64,000 nucleotides of DNA from Candidatus Heimdallarchaeota archaeon. Its GTDB lineage: Archaea > Asgardarchaeota > Heimdallarchaeia > Hodarchaeales > Hodarchaeaceae. The stretch covers positions 4,529,414 to 4,593,413 of the forward strand of contig CP070695.1 in assembly GCA_020353515.1 (NCBI GenBank), in the 5' to 3' direction. Of this stretch, positions 29,793 through 39,691 are shown one piece after another. The notes beneath the pieces are model-generated. The model saw nothing but the letters and a program-made list of their open reading frames with translations. It searched no databases and was not told where the DNA came from. Each line of letters starts with the position of its first letter. The stretch's first letter is position 1. The position numbers were made by a program, and so were the translations under genes.

Positions 29793-30626
29793 ATGAGTAA
29801 TCAGAGTGTACATGCCTACATTCCTTCACCTGATGGTGAATACATTCCAATTAAATTCACCTCTCCTGAAAAAGATTTAAAGAAATCTGAGGTCATTATT
29901 TTCCTAGATGAAGAATCACGCCAAATTTTCATTTGGACGGGATCAGAATCTTCAGTTCGGAAGAGATTTATCTCCAGCCAAATTGCACGTCAAATGAGAC
30001 TCGAAAGAGGTATGACACACAGAATATCGACTGAAGATCAGGGGAATGAAACATCGAAGTTTTGGGAATTTATGAATGGGCTTAATGATCGAGGAATAAC
30101 CGCTAGTACCCTTTTAGAAGTTTCACCTCCTACAATTTCTAGTGATTTGCCTGAACCTGAACCAAGAGAAATAGTCACTCATCCCGCGACATTAAAGAAA
30201 GTTGCTTCAGTAAAGGCAGTAACTCCAGCTAAGACTAAGGTTGCACCTCCTAAACCAGAAACAAAACCACACCCAGCGCCAATTGAACCAGTTGAGTATG
30301 AAGTGGAATACTTTTGTGAAGAAGTTACCACTGCGATACCTGAAGCGAAAGCTAAGATAATCTTTGAGGCTACGAATAAAGATCTAATCCTTACTACTCT
30401 TCATATTTCAACAGCAGCTACTGAGGGTAGGATAGGACTTTATTCTATTCCAAAGAAAGGAAAAACCGTATCTGTAAAATCAACTAAAGCAATTTTTGCT
30501 ATATATTTACAGGAAGGTTCACCGATTTTAGAACTAGATGACCTATACATCCCTATCCCCTCAGATGATTCAATTTATTTCACCTGTCCCGCTAATACAT
30601 TTATTAGTATTAATTTAGAGTCATAA
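29793..30626 (+). CDS. Single gelsolin-domain protein with a Pro-rich linker and an unknown C-terminal domain
   Basis: L...EVIIFLD..QIFIWTG..SS..KRF....A....QGNET..FW matches the gelsolin repeat consensus. Confidence 0.85.
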   Translation: MSNQSVHAYIPSPDGEYIPIKFTSPEKDLKKSEVIIFLDEESRQIFIWTGSESSVRKRFISSQIARQMRLERGMTHRISTEDQGNETSKFWEFMNGLNDRGITASTLLEVSPPTISSDLPEPEPREIVTHPATLKKVASVKAVTPAKTKVAPPKPETKPHPAPIEPVEYEVEYFCEEVTTAIPEAKAKIIFEATNKDLILTTLHISTAATEGRIGLYSIPKKGKTVSVKSTKAIFAIYLQEGSPILELDDLYIPIPSDDSIYFTCPANTFISINLES

Positions 30627-30852
30627 AAACTACAACGATCATCATAGGAACTTTGCTATTCATTTTATTTAATTTTTATTATGAAATCATAAATATATCA
30701 CATAATAATAAGTGTTTAAGGAAACAACAGAGATATGGTAAGAGGAGGGGAGAGATTGCTTGAAAATATCGACTAAAAGGAATTTTAAATCTAAGTTCAA
30801 CTTGGAACTAAAACGTATCTAATTTCCAAAAAAGCGTTTAGGAAACTTTAAG

Positions 30853-32169
30853 ATGAGTGATGAACAAAAAATCAATTCTCGTATCGCGGGTTTCTTTAGA
30901 AAAAGCCCTGAAGAACGTCAAAGCATTATCCAGAAGCTTTGCAACCTCAATCAAGAAGAGATGGAATATTTAAAAGAATCTACAAGTATTTTAGACAAAG
31001 CTGGTCAGGGTCATTATATTGAGAATACTATAGCAGTCATGCAAATCCCGTTAGGTATTGCTACAAATTTTACTATTAATGAAACCGACTACTTAATTCC
31101 GATGGCTGTAGAAGAAGCATCAGTTGTTGCTGCAGCATCAAATTCAGCAAAAATCGCTCGTACCGGAGGAGGATTTTTCACCAGTACAACACCTCCGATA
31201 ATGATAGGTCAAATTCAGATAATTAATATTCCTGATCCTCATAATGCTCGTGAGAAGATTCTAGAACAGGAAAAAGAAATTATTGAGCTTGCAAATAAGC
31301 AGGATCCTATTTTAGTTAAATTCGGAGGAGGTTGTAGAGGAATAAATGTTAAAGTCTTACCTAATACTTTGAAAGGATTTATGGTTATAACAGAGCTTTT
31401 AGTAGATGTTCGTGATGCAATGGGAGCTAATGCAGTAAATACAATGAATGAAGCTGTTGCTGCATTATTAGAAACGATCACTGGCGGCCAAGCTCTTTTA
31501 AGAATCATATCAAATTTAGCAGATCGACGTTTAGTGAGAGCAAGAGCAGTTTTCAAAGCCTCAGAGCTAGAAACTTCAGATATGAAAGGAAAAGAAGTTG
31601 TTGAAGGTATTCTTAACGCTTATGCTTTTGCAGAAGCGGATCCTTATCGATGTTGCACGCATAACAAGGGTATTATGAATGGTATTGATGCAGTTGCTAT
31701 TGCTACCGCACAGGATTGGAGAGCGATAGAAGCAGGCGCTCATACATATGCAGCGGTTAAAATTCTAGGAAAATATTCTTCTTTAACAACTTGGGAAAAA
31801 GATATGAATGGAGATCTAGTCGGTACAATTGAAATTCCCCTCGCAGTTGGTTTGGTCGGAGGGGTTGCTCGTATCCACCCTCTTGCTCAGATCTCATTCA
31901 AAATTCTAGGATTAAGTATTCCAGGAGGAGCTCTCAAACTCGCAGAAATTATGGCTGCTGTTGGATTAGCTCAGAATTTTGGTGCACTCCGTGCCCTTGC
32001 AACAGTAGGTATCCAAGCAGGACACATGAAACTTCATGCTCGGAACTTAGCTGCTTCAATGGGAGCTAAAGGGACAGAAATCGACGCTATTGTTCAAAAA
32101 CTAGATGAAAGAAAGTTAAAAGTCACATTTGACACCGTAAAAGAGATTTATGATGAGATAAAATCTTAA
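30853..32169 (+). CDS. mvaA: HMG-CoA reductase, class II
   Basis: IENTI, PMAVEEASVVAA, DAMGANAVN, THNKGIMNG, GIQAGHMKLHAR. Confidence 0.95.
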   Translation: MSDEQKINSRIAGFFRKSPEERQSIIQKLCNLNQEEMEYLKESTSILDKAGQGHYIENTIAVMQIPLGIATNFTINETDYLIPMAVEEASVVAAASNSAKIARTGGGFFTSTTPPIMIGQIQIINIPDPHNAREKILEQEKEIIELANKQDPILVKFGGGCRGINVKVLPNTLKGFMVITELLVDVRDAMGANAVNTMNEAVAALLETITGGQALLRIISNLADRRLVRARAVFKASELETSDMKGKEVVEGILNAYAFAEADPYRCCTHNKGIMNGIDAVAIATAQDWRAIEAGAHTYAAVKILGKYSSLTTWEKDMNGDLVGTIEIPLAVGLVGGVARIHPLAQISFKILGLSIPGGALKLAEIMAAVGLAQNFGALRALATVGIQAGHMKLHARNLAASMGAKGTEIDAIVQKLDERKLKVTFDTVKEIYDEIKS

Positions 32170-32176
32170 GAGTTAA

Positions 32177-32872
32177 TCAATCATCATTTAGAAGGTTTAG
32201 ATTGTCTATATACTCTAAACCATCATCTATTTTGTTATTTTCCTCCCATAAGTCTCTTCCCATCAGTCTCAACCTACAAGTAGTCTTCAATAGGTTTAAT
32301 TTTATCAAAAGGTTTACTAAGATCCTGCCAGTAGCTCCCCAAATAATCTCACCCTGATAATCAAAAAAAGGTACTTTGAATGTGAGTTTGTCTTTATATG
32401 TCATTTCTTTTATGTAAAACTGATCGGGAGGAGTTAAATCGGATAACGGGGTTTCTAAAACATAATCGATTTCAGATTTGAGAATATTACCACCATCAAC
32501 CTCTCTAATGTCTTCGATATATCCAATAACTGGTGTGACAACATACTTACTTATTGTTAAAAGATCATCAAGCAAACCGATGACATGAATTTTTTTTATG
32601 CCTAATTCTTCATCAATTTCTCGCAGAGCTGTAGAAATAATGTCTTTATCTTCATCATCTTCGAATCTCCCTCCTGGGAAAGATATTTCTCTTTTATGAT
32701 GGCGTACGTTTTCAGTTCGACGTGTGAAAATTAAGTTCCAACTCTTCTCACGATGAACGAAAGGAATTAGTACTGCTGCTCTTTGAAAACCCTCTGTAAG
32801 ATCAATGATTAAGCGAGTATCACTTTGAAGGACTAAATGTAACTCTTCAAGACATATTGGTAGATTTGGCAA
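32177..32872 (-). CDS. Nudix hydrolase, CoA pyrophosphatase (NudL/PCD1) family
   Basis: AAVLIP, FTRR...HKREISFPGG, TALREIDEELG, IWGATG. Confidence 0.9.
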   Translation of the reverse strand: MPNLPICLEELHLVLQSDTRLIIDLTEGFQRAAVLIPFVHREKSWNLIFTRRTENVRHHKREISFPGGRFEDDEDKDIISTALREIDEELGIKKIHVIGLLDDLLTISKYVVTPVIGYIEDIREVDGGNILKSEIDYVLETPLSDLTPPDQFYIKEMTYKDKLTFKVPFFDYQGEIIWGATGRILVNLLIKLNLLKTTCRLRLMGRDLWEENNKIDDGLEYIDNLNLLNDD

Positions 32873-33126
32873 TTATAGATCTCAATCGATTCCTTTGAAG
32901 CTTTCTTTATAAAGTATATTCGTACTGTACCTTGTAAAGGGATTTATTTGGCTGAAATAGTATTCATATGAATGTCTTCGCACTTTTAATTGCACTTCTC
33001 TTACAATAACCTTTAATAGTAATTTAATGACTTCTCCATTCCGCTAAGTATTTAATTTGCAGATATTTATTAGATCATCGTCAAATATTATACAATCCAA
33101 CACTACATGATCTGAGGATTAAGAGA

Positions 33127-33510
33127 GTGCCTTTCATCAATATTTCATTTGCAGAAGCAAACCAAACCTTACAAGATCCATCAACTATTATTCAATTATT
33201 AAAAGAGAAGAAAATTAACCCCAAAGAGGCTAGTCTTTTGGAAAAATTAGGCCTTTATTCCAGAAATCGTCTTCCAGAAGTACTTGATGAAATCAGGACA
33301 CTTTGCGATGAAGCTTTTGGAGTAAAAGCTGAGGATGCCTTCCAAAGATTGTCTCGATTCGTAAAAAGCCAAAATAAGCGTGTATCTTGGGTTATTTTCT
33401 CAAGAACATTTCAATCTATTCAGTACGATGACCGAAATCCCCTAGAAGACTACAATCCTCGAGTATCAGAGGTCTTGACAATTACCTCAAAATTTAAAGT
33501 CATCAAATGA
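33127..33510 (+). CDS. Hypothetical protein (127 aa), first gene of a three-gene cluster
   Basis: GAGG upstream and a 6-nt gap to the next gene. Confidence 0.7.
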   Translation: MPFINISFAEANQTLQDPSTIIQLLKEKKINPKEASLLEKLGLYSRNRLPEVLDEIRTLCDEAFGVKAEDAFQRLSRFVKSQNKRVSWVIFSRTFQSIQYDDRNPLEDYNPRVSEVLTITSKFKVIK

Positions 33511-33516
33511 GCAAAA

Positions 33517-35289
33517 GTGACACGAATGCAGTCATCAGATTGTGAAAAATTAGTGGAAGAAGCAACAGAGGCTTCTAAACATTCTCTTGATGTATCAGCT
33601 AAGATTTTTGAAGATGCAGCGAAGTGCTTTGATAAACTAGGAGATCGAAGAAAAGCTGGTCAATACCTCACATTAGCAGGTGATTTTTTCCTTGATTTGG
33701 ACAATAAAGAGAAAGCAGCCACTTGTTATGGAAAAGCAATTATGAGACATTTGATGATTGATGACATAGATACTGCTGAAATTCTACTTGAGAAAGGAAA
33801 AGAATATGGATTTTCCTCATCAACACATCAATATAGAATCGCATTAGATGCACTAGAAAGGCAAACTACCACAAAAATTGAAGAAGAGATATCTGAGGAA
33901 CAGGTACCTGAAATTGAAGTGCTCCCAGAGATTGATATTCTACCAATCGAAGAAGAAGAGGACCTAATCCCCCTCAAATCTGACTTATTTTCTCTTGATG
34001 AAGATGTTCAGCCAAAAAAACAAGAGTTCATTATACCTCAGCTTGAGAAAGAACAATCATCTACCTTAAGTTCATATGCAGTACTTGCTGCGGTATCCCA
34101 AGCAACCAGAGAAAAATCAACACAAGAAATAAAAACGAACGCATTTGTTAAGAATACATCTGGGGAATCACAATTCTTAGAACCTCAATTTGAACTGAGC
34201 CCTATCCAACCTATTGAAACATTACCAGTTTTAAGTGGTAAATCCACAATTGATCATTCAACTGAAGTAGAAACAAAGGATGTGGAGGTTCCAACTGAAT
34301 CGTTAGATGAATCAGATACCCTTGATTTAGATTATGCTGCAAAGGCTGAAATTACAAATGAATTTGAAGATGAATTAGTTGATATTGAAATTATTAACAC
34401 CATCCCTTTCAATTTTGAAGTAGTTAAAATTAAAGCAGATTTTAAATTGGATGAAAAAAAGCCAACGAACGAGGGGTTGGTTTTCACTTGGAAGAAAGAT
34501 AGGATTGAACCAGGGGAGAAGATTTCTGTCGAATATATTCTAAGAAAGCGTGTAGAACGTTCAATAGTCTTACGAAAAGAAAATAAAGTTTCCGTAGTCA
34601 ATTTATTTCATTCAGTCCAACAGCAGATGCAAGCAAATTTAGATTTTGTGAACACATCTGGAAAGGTTTTTTATGAAATTTTGATCGAGGATGTCATCCC
34701 CCCAGAACTAATCGTTAATGAAACAAAAACAAATAAGAAAATTAAACCCGTAACGATACCTACACATGATAGTACTCTTTATCGATGGATCTTCAGTAGC
34801 CTCCCCCCAGGTGACAACTTCTCTGTACTTTATGAATTCCGAGAAAAACCTCTAACTAGGCATTATAAAGATGAAATTGATTGCACAGATGGCTTAGTTC
34901 GAATTGAAAAGATTTCACAACCTATAGTAGACTCAAATCAATATGAATATATGTGGTTATTTTTTGTGGAAAAACCAATACCTGATAATATTACTATCAT
35001 TGATCGAATTCCTTCAGATTTTAAACTCTTACTAGTAGATCCTCCCCATTTAAATCCTTCTATTAAGAAAGAAAAGACTCATCAAGAACTAACTTGGCGA
35101 TTAAGTCCTGAGGAAGTTCCTACAGCAATAATTTTAAGAATAAGTGGAGAAGAATCCTTTACTCCATTAGCACCATCCATTGAGTTCGCTCGTGGAGATG
35201 AAATCCAACTTATTGAACGATCTACGTCATCAGAGAAAAAATTAGTTGATATTCGCCGATTAAGTCAGAGTCAGAAGGAGTCGAAGTAG
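33517..35289 (+). CDS. Alpha-SNAP-like helical N-terminus plus acidic linker plus three Ig-like (DUF11/mu-homology-like) repeats
   Basis: AAKCFDKLGD..KAGQY..AGDFF..AATCY; three I-x-[ND]-x-IP...[FL]xW repeats; no signal peptide. Confidence 0.65.
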   Translation: MTRMQSSDCEKLVEEATEASKHSLDVSAKIFEDAAKCFDKLGDRRKAGQYLTLAGDFFLDLDNKEKAATCYGKAIMRHLMIDDIDTAEILLEKGKEYGFSSSTHQYRIALDALERQTTTKIEEEISEEQVPEIEVLPEIDILPIEEEEDLIPLKSDLFSLDEDVQPKKQEFIIPQLEKEQSSTLSSYAVLAAVSQATREKSTQEIKTNAFVKNTSGESQFLEPQFELSPIQPIETLPVLSGKSTIDHSTEVETKDVEVPTESLDESDTLDLDYAAKAEITNEFEDELVDIEIINTIPFNFEVVKIKADFKLDEKKPTNEGLVFTWKKDRIEPGEKISVEYILRKRVERSIVLRKENKVSVVNLFHSVQQQMQANLDFVNTSGKVFYEILIEDVIPPELIVNETKTNKKIKPVTIPTHDSTLYRWIFSSLPPGDNFSVLYEFREKPLTRHYKDEIDCTDGLVRIEKISQPIVDSNQYEYMWLFFVEKPIPDNITIIDRIPSDFKLLLVDPPHLNPSIKKEKTHQELTWRLSPEEVPTAIILRISGEESFTPLAPSIEFARGDEIQLIERSTSSEKKLVDIRRLSQSQKESK

Positions 35290-35310
35290 CCTTCATACTA
35301 CCAAGAATAT

Positions 35311-37242
35311 ATGGAATTACCAGGAATGGATATTACTATTCTAGCAGTACATTGGGATGATATTTCAGGCCCATCTATCATCTCATTATTCCCGCATACG
35401 ACTTTAAACGATCCTGAATCCGTTGCACTGCAGATTTATCTCGCATCAGTGACAGTTTTTGGCCAACATGGACATTCACAAAGAACTGAATTTTCTGTCC
35501 CTTTGTTAAGCCTAGGTCAAGATATCACAGCCCGTGTGGCATTTGATTCATGGCCTGATACATCCTTACGGGGAAAAGAGCGCCCTTTCTTTCTAGCTTT
35601 TATAACAGATCAGACTACAGGAGAAACACTCAAATCTCACCTTAATAATTTTTTTTTTGAATATCTTGATAGTTTGAAGAATGAGAAGTCGAATTTTTCA
35701 GCACAACAAGTCTGGGAATCCGTAATCACATCATTTCAAGCTCCAAAGGATAAAGAATTTGATGCCATTTCTTTTGAAGTCGATTCGGAATATGCTATCC
35801 CACGAGCCCTCACAGATCTTGAAACAGCTAAAGATGCTTGGGAGAACCTCAAAGATAGAAGTCAATTATGGACCGCTTTACGTGTTGCAAACCGATTAGA
35901 GAATGTTGATGATAAAGGAGCAGGATCTGCTTTCTCATTAGTTGGGAAAATCCTCTTAACGGGACACAGTTATCAAGAGGCAGGAGAAGCTTTTGAAAAA
36001 GCGACAAATTGTTACAATCGAGTTCGATTATTTGAGGAAGCCGGAGAAACCTCATATTTAGCTGGTAAATGTGCGTATTATTTAGAAGAATATGAAAAGG
36101 CAATTGATCTTATTCAAGCAGCAACCTTATGGATAAAAGATCCTGCTTTAGTCGCGTCACTAAATTATGACATGGGTATTGTACTCCATGAACAATCACG
36201 TTATGAAGAAGCAAATGTATGTTTTGAAAAGGCAGTTCGATTAGCAACAGATTTAGATACACAAACCGCAGCAGAATACTCTTCAACTTTTGCTAGTAGA
36301 TTGATGTATCAAGCAGAAAAAGAAAAAGAAGAAAATCCTGCATATGCTCTTGGACTAATCCGAAGATCAGCTGATCAAAGAGAAGAGGCCTCACGATTGC
36401 TACAACTGACTGAAGGAGGCTCTCAAACCGCAGCGACATCACTGATATTAGCCGTGAGTGCATATTTTTCACTCGGAAACAAAGAAATGGGGGTTAACTT
36501 ATTAGAGAAAGCAATAGATCTATTTATTGACGCGGAAGATTATATATCTGCAAGCAGGTCGTTATACGATGGTGCTCGGATGATTAGAGATGAAAAAAGA
36601 TCTTATGAGCTACTTTCCCGAGCACTAATTTTGCTGCAAGAAAAAGAAGCTAATTTTCAAGAGGATCGTTTAGTGGGATTAATTTCTTTTGAGAAGGGTA
36701 AAATAGAGGAAAAAATGAACCAGCTCTCAAACGCTCTTAACTCATTCGAGAATGCTATCATTCATTTAACTAAATCGGGCGCTCCCGAGCTAGATTTAAT
36801 ACCTATCCATATTCAATACGCTAATACCCTATTTAAGCTTGAAGATTTTGAAAAAGCTGCAGAATTCTTTCTCACAGGTACTAAAGGATTATCTTCACTT
36901 CTTCCAACAGAAACAGTTGTTGATCAAAAGAAAAAGGCACTCATGAATGCTTTAATTAGTTTACGACGAGCTAGTGCCGCTTATCATAACGCAGCGACCA
37001 TAATTTTAAAAGAAAAGGATGAAACCCGTGCAATTACGATGTTTGCTCATTCTGTTTCTCTTCTAATAGAATGGGTTGAAAACAATCCCAAAGATAATCA
37101 AAACGAAGTAAGAAAAGTGATTGGAACCCGTATCTCGCGATTATCGGTTAAAAAGGATCTTCTTTTGTTAGCGGAATCAAAATTCAAGATTGACTCAATG
37201 ATTGAAAGTTTGGATATGGCTCTTCAAACTTTTCGGACGTAA
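35311..37242 (+). CDS. Longin/uDENN-like N-terminal domain plus alpha-SNAP/TPR solenoid
   Basis: ILAVHWDDISGPSIISLFP and D..LRG..RPFFLAFI (uDENN/longin pattern), followed by about 450 aa of TPR-like repeats. Confidence 0.75.
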   Translation: MELPGMDITILAVHWDDISGPSIISLFPHTTLNDPESVALQIYLASVTVFGQHGHSQRTEFSVPLLSLGQDITARVAFDSWPDTSLRGKERPFFLAFITDQTTGETLKSHLNNFFFEYLDSLKNEKSNFSAQQVWESVITSFQAPKDKEFDAISFEVDSEYAIPRALTDLETAKDAWENLKDRSQLWTALRVANRLENVDDKGAGSAFSLVGKILLTGHSYQEAGEAFEKATNCYNRVRLFEEAGETSYLAGKCAYYLEEYEKAIDLIQAATLWIKDPALVASLNYDMGIVLHEQSRYEEANVCFEKAVRLATDLDTQTAAEYSSTFASRLMYQAEKEKEENPAYALGLIRRSADQREEASRLLQLTEGGSQTAATSLILAVSAYFSLGNKEMGVNLLEKAIDLFIDAEDYISASRSLYDGARMIRDEKRSYELLSRALILLQEKEANFQEDRLVGLISFEKGKIEEKMNQLSNALNSFENAIIHLTKSGAPELDLIPIHIQYANTLFKLEDFEKAAEFFLTGTKGLSSLLPTETVVDQKKKALMNALISLRRASAAYHNAATIILKEKDETRAITMFAHSVSLLIEWVENNPKDNQNEVRKVIGTRISRLSVKKDLLLLAESKFKIDSMIESLDMALQTFRT

Positions 37243-37267
37243 TTACTCAAACTTCCCTTTGGAAGTA

Positions 37268-39529
37268 CTAAATAAACTTCGGTTTTAACTGATCAATGAG
37301 TTTTTCTTTCTTCATCTGCAGCTTTTCTTTTCGTTCATTCATACGATTGATGATTTCAGAATGTTTACTTTCAGAAATCTCATTATTGAGAAACTTTTCA
37401 TCAGCTGCATTTATAGAGTCATCAATGCCGGAGATAGCTTCTTCTATCTCTAGCAATTGAGGATCTTTTTGTGGATCATCAATGAGATCGAAAGTTGCGC
37501 TATCTGGGCTTGGTTCTTCAACTTTCTTGTCGAGCTCCTTGAGATCCTCATCTGATTTGTGAAATAATTTGACAACTTTTTCCCTATCGTAATGCTTGTT
37601 TTTACGCTTTGTTCCATGTCGTGGGGGTTTTGGGGGCCTTGGGGGCGTTGGGGACTTTAAGGATTTTAAACCTTTGATTGCCTTTAAACCTCTTCTAGGA
37701 GTATCAGTTAAAACTTCGTCCTCCCCTACAATGAATCCTAATTTCTCTCCTCCTGATTCTGCAAATAACAGCTGAGGATCTTCTTTAAAAAGAGTTTCAA
37801 CCCGCTTTGTAAATAATTGATTGAAGTTATGTTGATCCTGTATAATCCTTGATCTCATTTCTTCTAAATCAAGAGGATCCCCTTCTTGAATATCTATTCC
37901 AAAAACCCGTACTTTTTCTCCTTGAGGTGTTTCTATAACAGAAACAAATGGAGTTTGTACAAATGAATAATCAGGGGTTTCTAAAACTGTTACAAATCCA
38001 CCAAGGATTTGTACATATTGTCCAACACCTTTCATTTCAATTACTTTAACAATTCCCCCCAAAATATGAACCAATTCTAACATATTAGATTCAAAAACGT
38101 ATATTCCAGGTAATCTTACCAAAGAATAATCTTCAGTTTCTGTAATTGAATACTTAGATGGAGTGGCATCAACTGAGGAAAAAATACCTTGCGGCCCACG
38201 CCATGCTTTCAGGTCATTTATTGCTCTTTTACTCTTTTCAAAAATATCGGTTACAGCTTCAATCCCGACATTTTTCAGTTCTGTCTCTGTTAATTCGCTC
38301 ATATCTTTAGGGGTCAACTGAAGCTTTACTTTATCCCATTCTTCAGGTGGTAGCCAGATAGTGGTGGTGCCATCAATTTCTTGTTTTTTCGACGTATCCT
38401 GATCTTCGGTTTTTGTCTCTACTTCTGACTTTCCCATAAGAACTAAAGCTGTACCCTTCTCTGTGACTGTTGGAACTGCAATTGTCCCTTTAGCTGCAGT
38501 TAAGGATGTTTTCCCCTTACTTACAAGTTTCATATGGTCAGTTGGAATAGTATACACTCGTTCTGGTTTTTTAAACTCTGTGGCTTGAATTGTTTGAGCG
38601 AAACTTTGAACACGATTGCCAAGCTGACTTGTTGGGTTTATTGCTTGACCTGTGACAGCGTTTGCTAAAGACCCAAATTTATTTTCCTGCGTTTTTGGGG
38701 CAAAAATTAGAATAAAACCTATCAATAAGCTTAAGAAAGAGGTGAATTGAAAGATTTGAAGATATGCTGAACCAACCCATTGGAGTAAAAGAAAAATTAG
38801 AAAACAAAAGCCGCCAAATAGAAAAACATCACGCAATCTTTCCGTTCGGGATCTTAAGGCTTGATATTGATTAAACAAGTCAGTAGCACTAACTGCAGAA
38901 ACTGAGACTTGTTTGGGAGATACTGGAAGCAGACTACCAAGCAAGTACAAAAAGAATGAAATAATGAGCAAAGCATTAAAATCTATAAAAGGAAAATAGA
39001 CAGGATTGAATAGGTAAATTCCCTTAAAAACGTAAATTATCAAAGATACTGTCCAACAAGCTTGAAGGATCTTTTGGATATAGAACCAGTAACCCATTTT
39101 CAGAGTTTGAAAGGAAAAACTGTTCCACAAAATTACAAGAGGGATAATAAGGCTTACAATTGTTCTTTCGAGGTCACCATATGTAAATCCATTCAGATCA
39201 GGAACAACATAATTTGGAGTAGAAATTAAAATCAGAACAAAGAAAATAAAAATCTTTCCCGCACGATTCATTGGAGATGCTGCGGATTTATCATCCTCTA
39301 TGAGGTATTTATACACAGGTATGATTATAAATAGGGCGATTACACCAGTGAATAATGTCGCACGAAATATCACATTTTGTGGGAATAGAAATGCTGAAAG
39401 CCACCAGAATACCAACAGAAGCAAAAAGACTAAATCAAGAAAAGTTCTGGGTTTGAAAAATTGTTCAGTCTGGTCTAAAGCAAATCCTTCTAAAGACCGA
39501 TATTTTGGCAATTGAAATTGTTCCGTCAC
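37268..39529 (-). CDS. Polytopic membrane protein (about 8 TM) with a large cytoplasmic region containing beta-hairpin repeats and a coiled-coil/SHOCT-like tail
   Basis: Hydrophobic N-terminal 280 aa; repeats such as LVHILGGIVKVIE and YVQILGGFVTVLE; PPRPPKPPR; C-terminal EISESKHSEI. Confidence 0.7.
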   Translation of the reverse strand: MTEQFQLPKYRSLEGFALDQTEQFFKPRTFLDLVFLLLLVFWWLSAFLFPQNVIFRATLFTGVIALFIIIPVYKYLIEDDKSAASPMNRAGKIFIFFVLILISTPNYVVPDLNGFTYGDLERTIVSLIIPLVILWNSFSFQTLKMGYWFYIQKILQACWTVSLIIYVFKGIYLFNPVYFPFIDFNALLIISFFLYLLGSLLPVSPKQVSVSAVSATDLFNQYQALRSRTERLRDVFLFGGFCFLIFLLLQWVGSAYLQIFQFTSFLSLLIGFILIFAPKTQENKFGSLANAVTGQAINPTSQLGNRVQSFAQTIQATEFKKPERVYTIPTDHMKLVSKGKTSLTAAKGTIAVPTVTEKGTALVLMGKSEVETKTEDQDTSKKQEIDGTTTIWLPPEEWDKVKLQLTPKDMSELTETELKNVGIEAVTDIFEKSKRAINDLKAWRGPQGIFSSVDATPSKYSITETEDYSLVRLPGIYVFESNMLELVHILGGIVKVIEMKGVGQYVQILGGFVTVLETPDYSFVQTPFVSVIETPQGEKVRVFGIDIQEGDPLDLEEMRSRIIQDQHNFNQLFTKRVETLFKEDPQLLFAESGGEKLGFIVGEDEVLTDTPRRGLKAIKGLKSLKSPTPPRPPKPPRHGTKRKNKHYDREKVVKLFHKSDEDLKELDKKVEEPSPDSATFDLIDDPQKDPQLLEIEEAISGIDDSINAADEKFLNNEISESKHSEIINRMNERKEKLQMKKEKLIDQLKPKFI

Positions 39530-39691
39530 GTAAATTCAACCTCTTCATAAGAATGGTCTTTAATAGCCGATTAGTGGTTGTATTGTAAGGGTTGCTTCTC
39601 TTACACTTTCATGTATGAGTCTTACCAAACACCTTTAAATAGTGTAGTTTTGTGGTATTAAACTAAAAAAGTATTAAATCGGTCAGTCAAT

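Noticed and set aside
29358-29800. tRNA-Cys as an integration site for a mobile element
   Set aside because: No duplicated tRNA 3' end (att site) or integrase was seen in the window.
21351-32169. A complete SREBP-like circuit (S1P plus HMG-CoA reductase)
   Set aside because: No bHLH membrane-bound factor, SCAP/Insig-like protein or site-2 protease is visible in the window; proximity alone is not evidence.
39583-39606. Hairpin TGTAAGGG..CTCTTACA between Pol epsilon and the membrane protein gene
   Set aside because: A single short stem that could arise by chance; not enough to call a terminator or RNA element.
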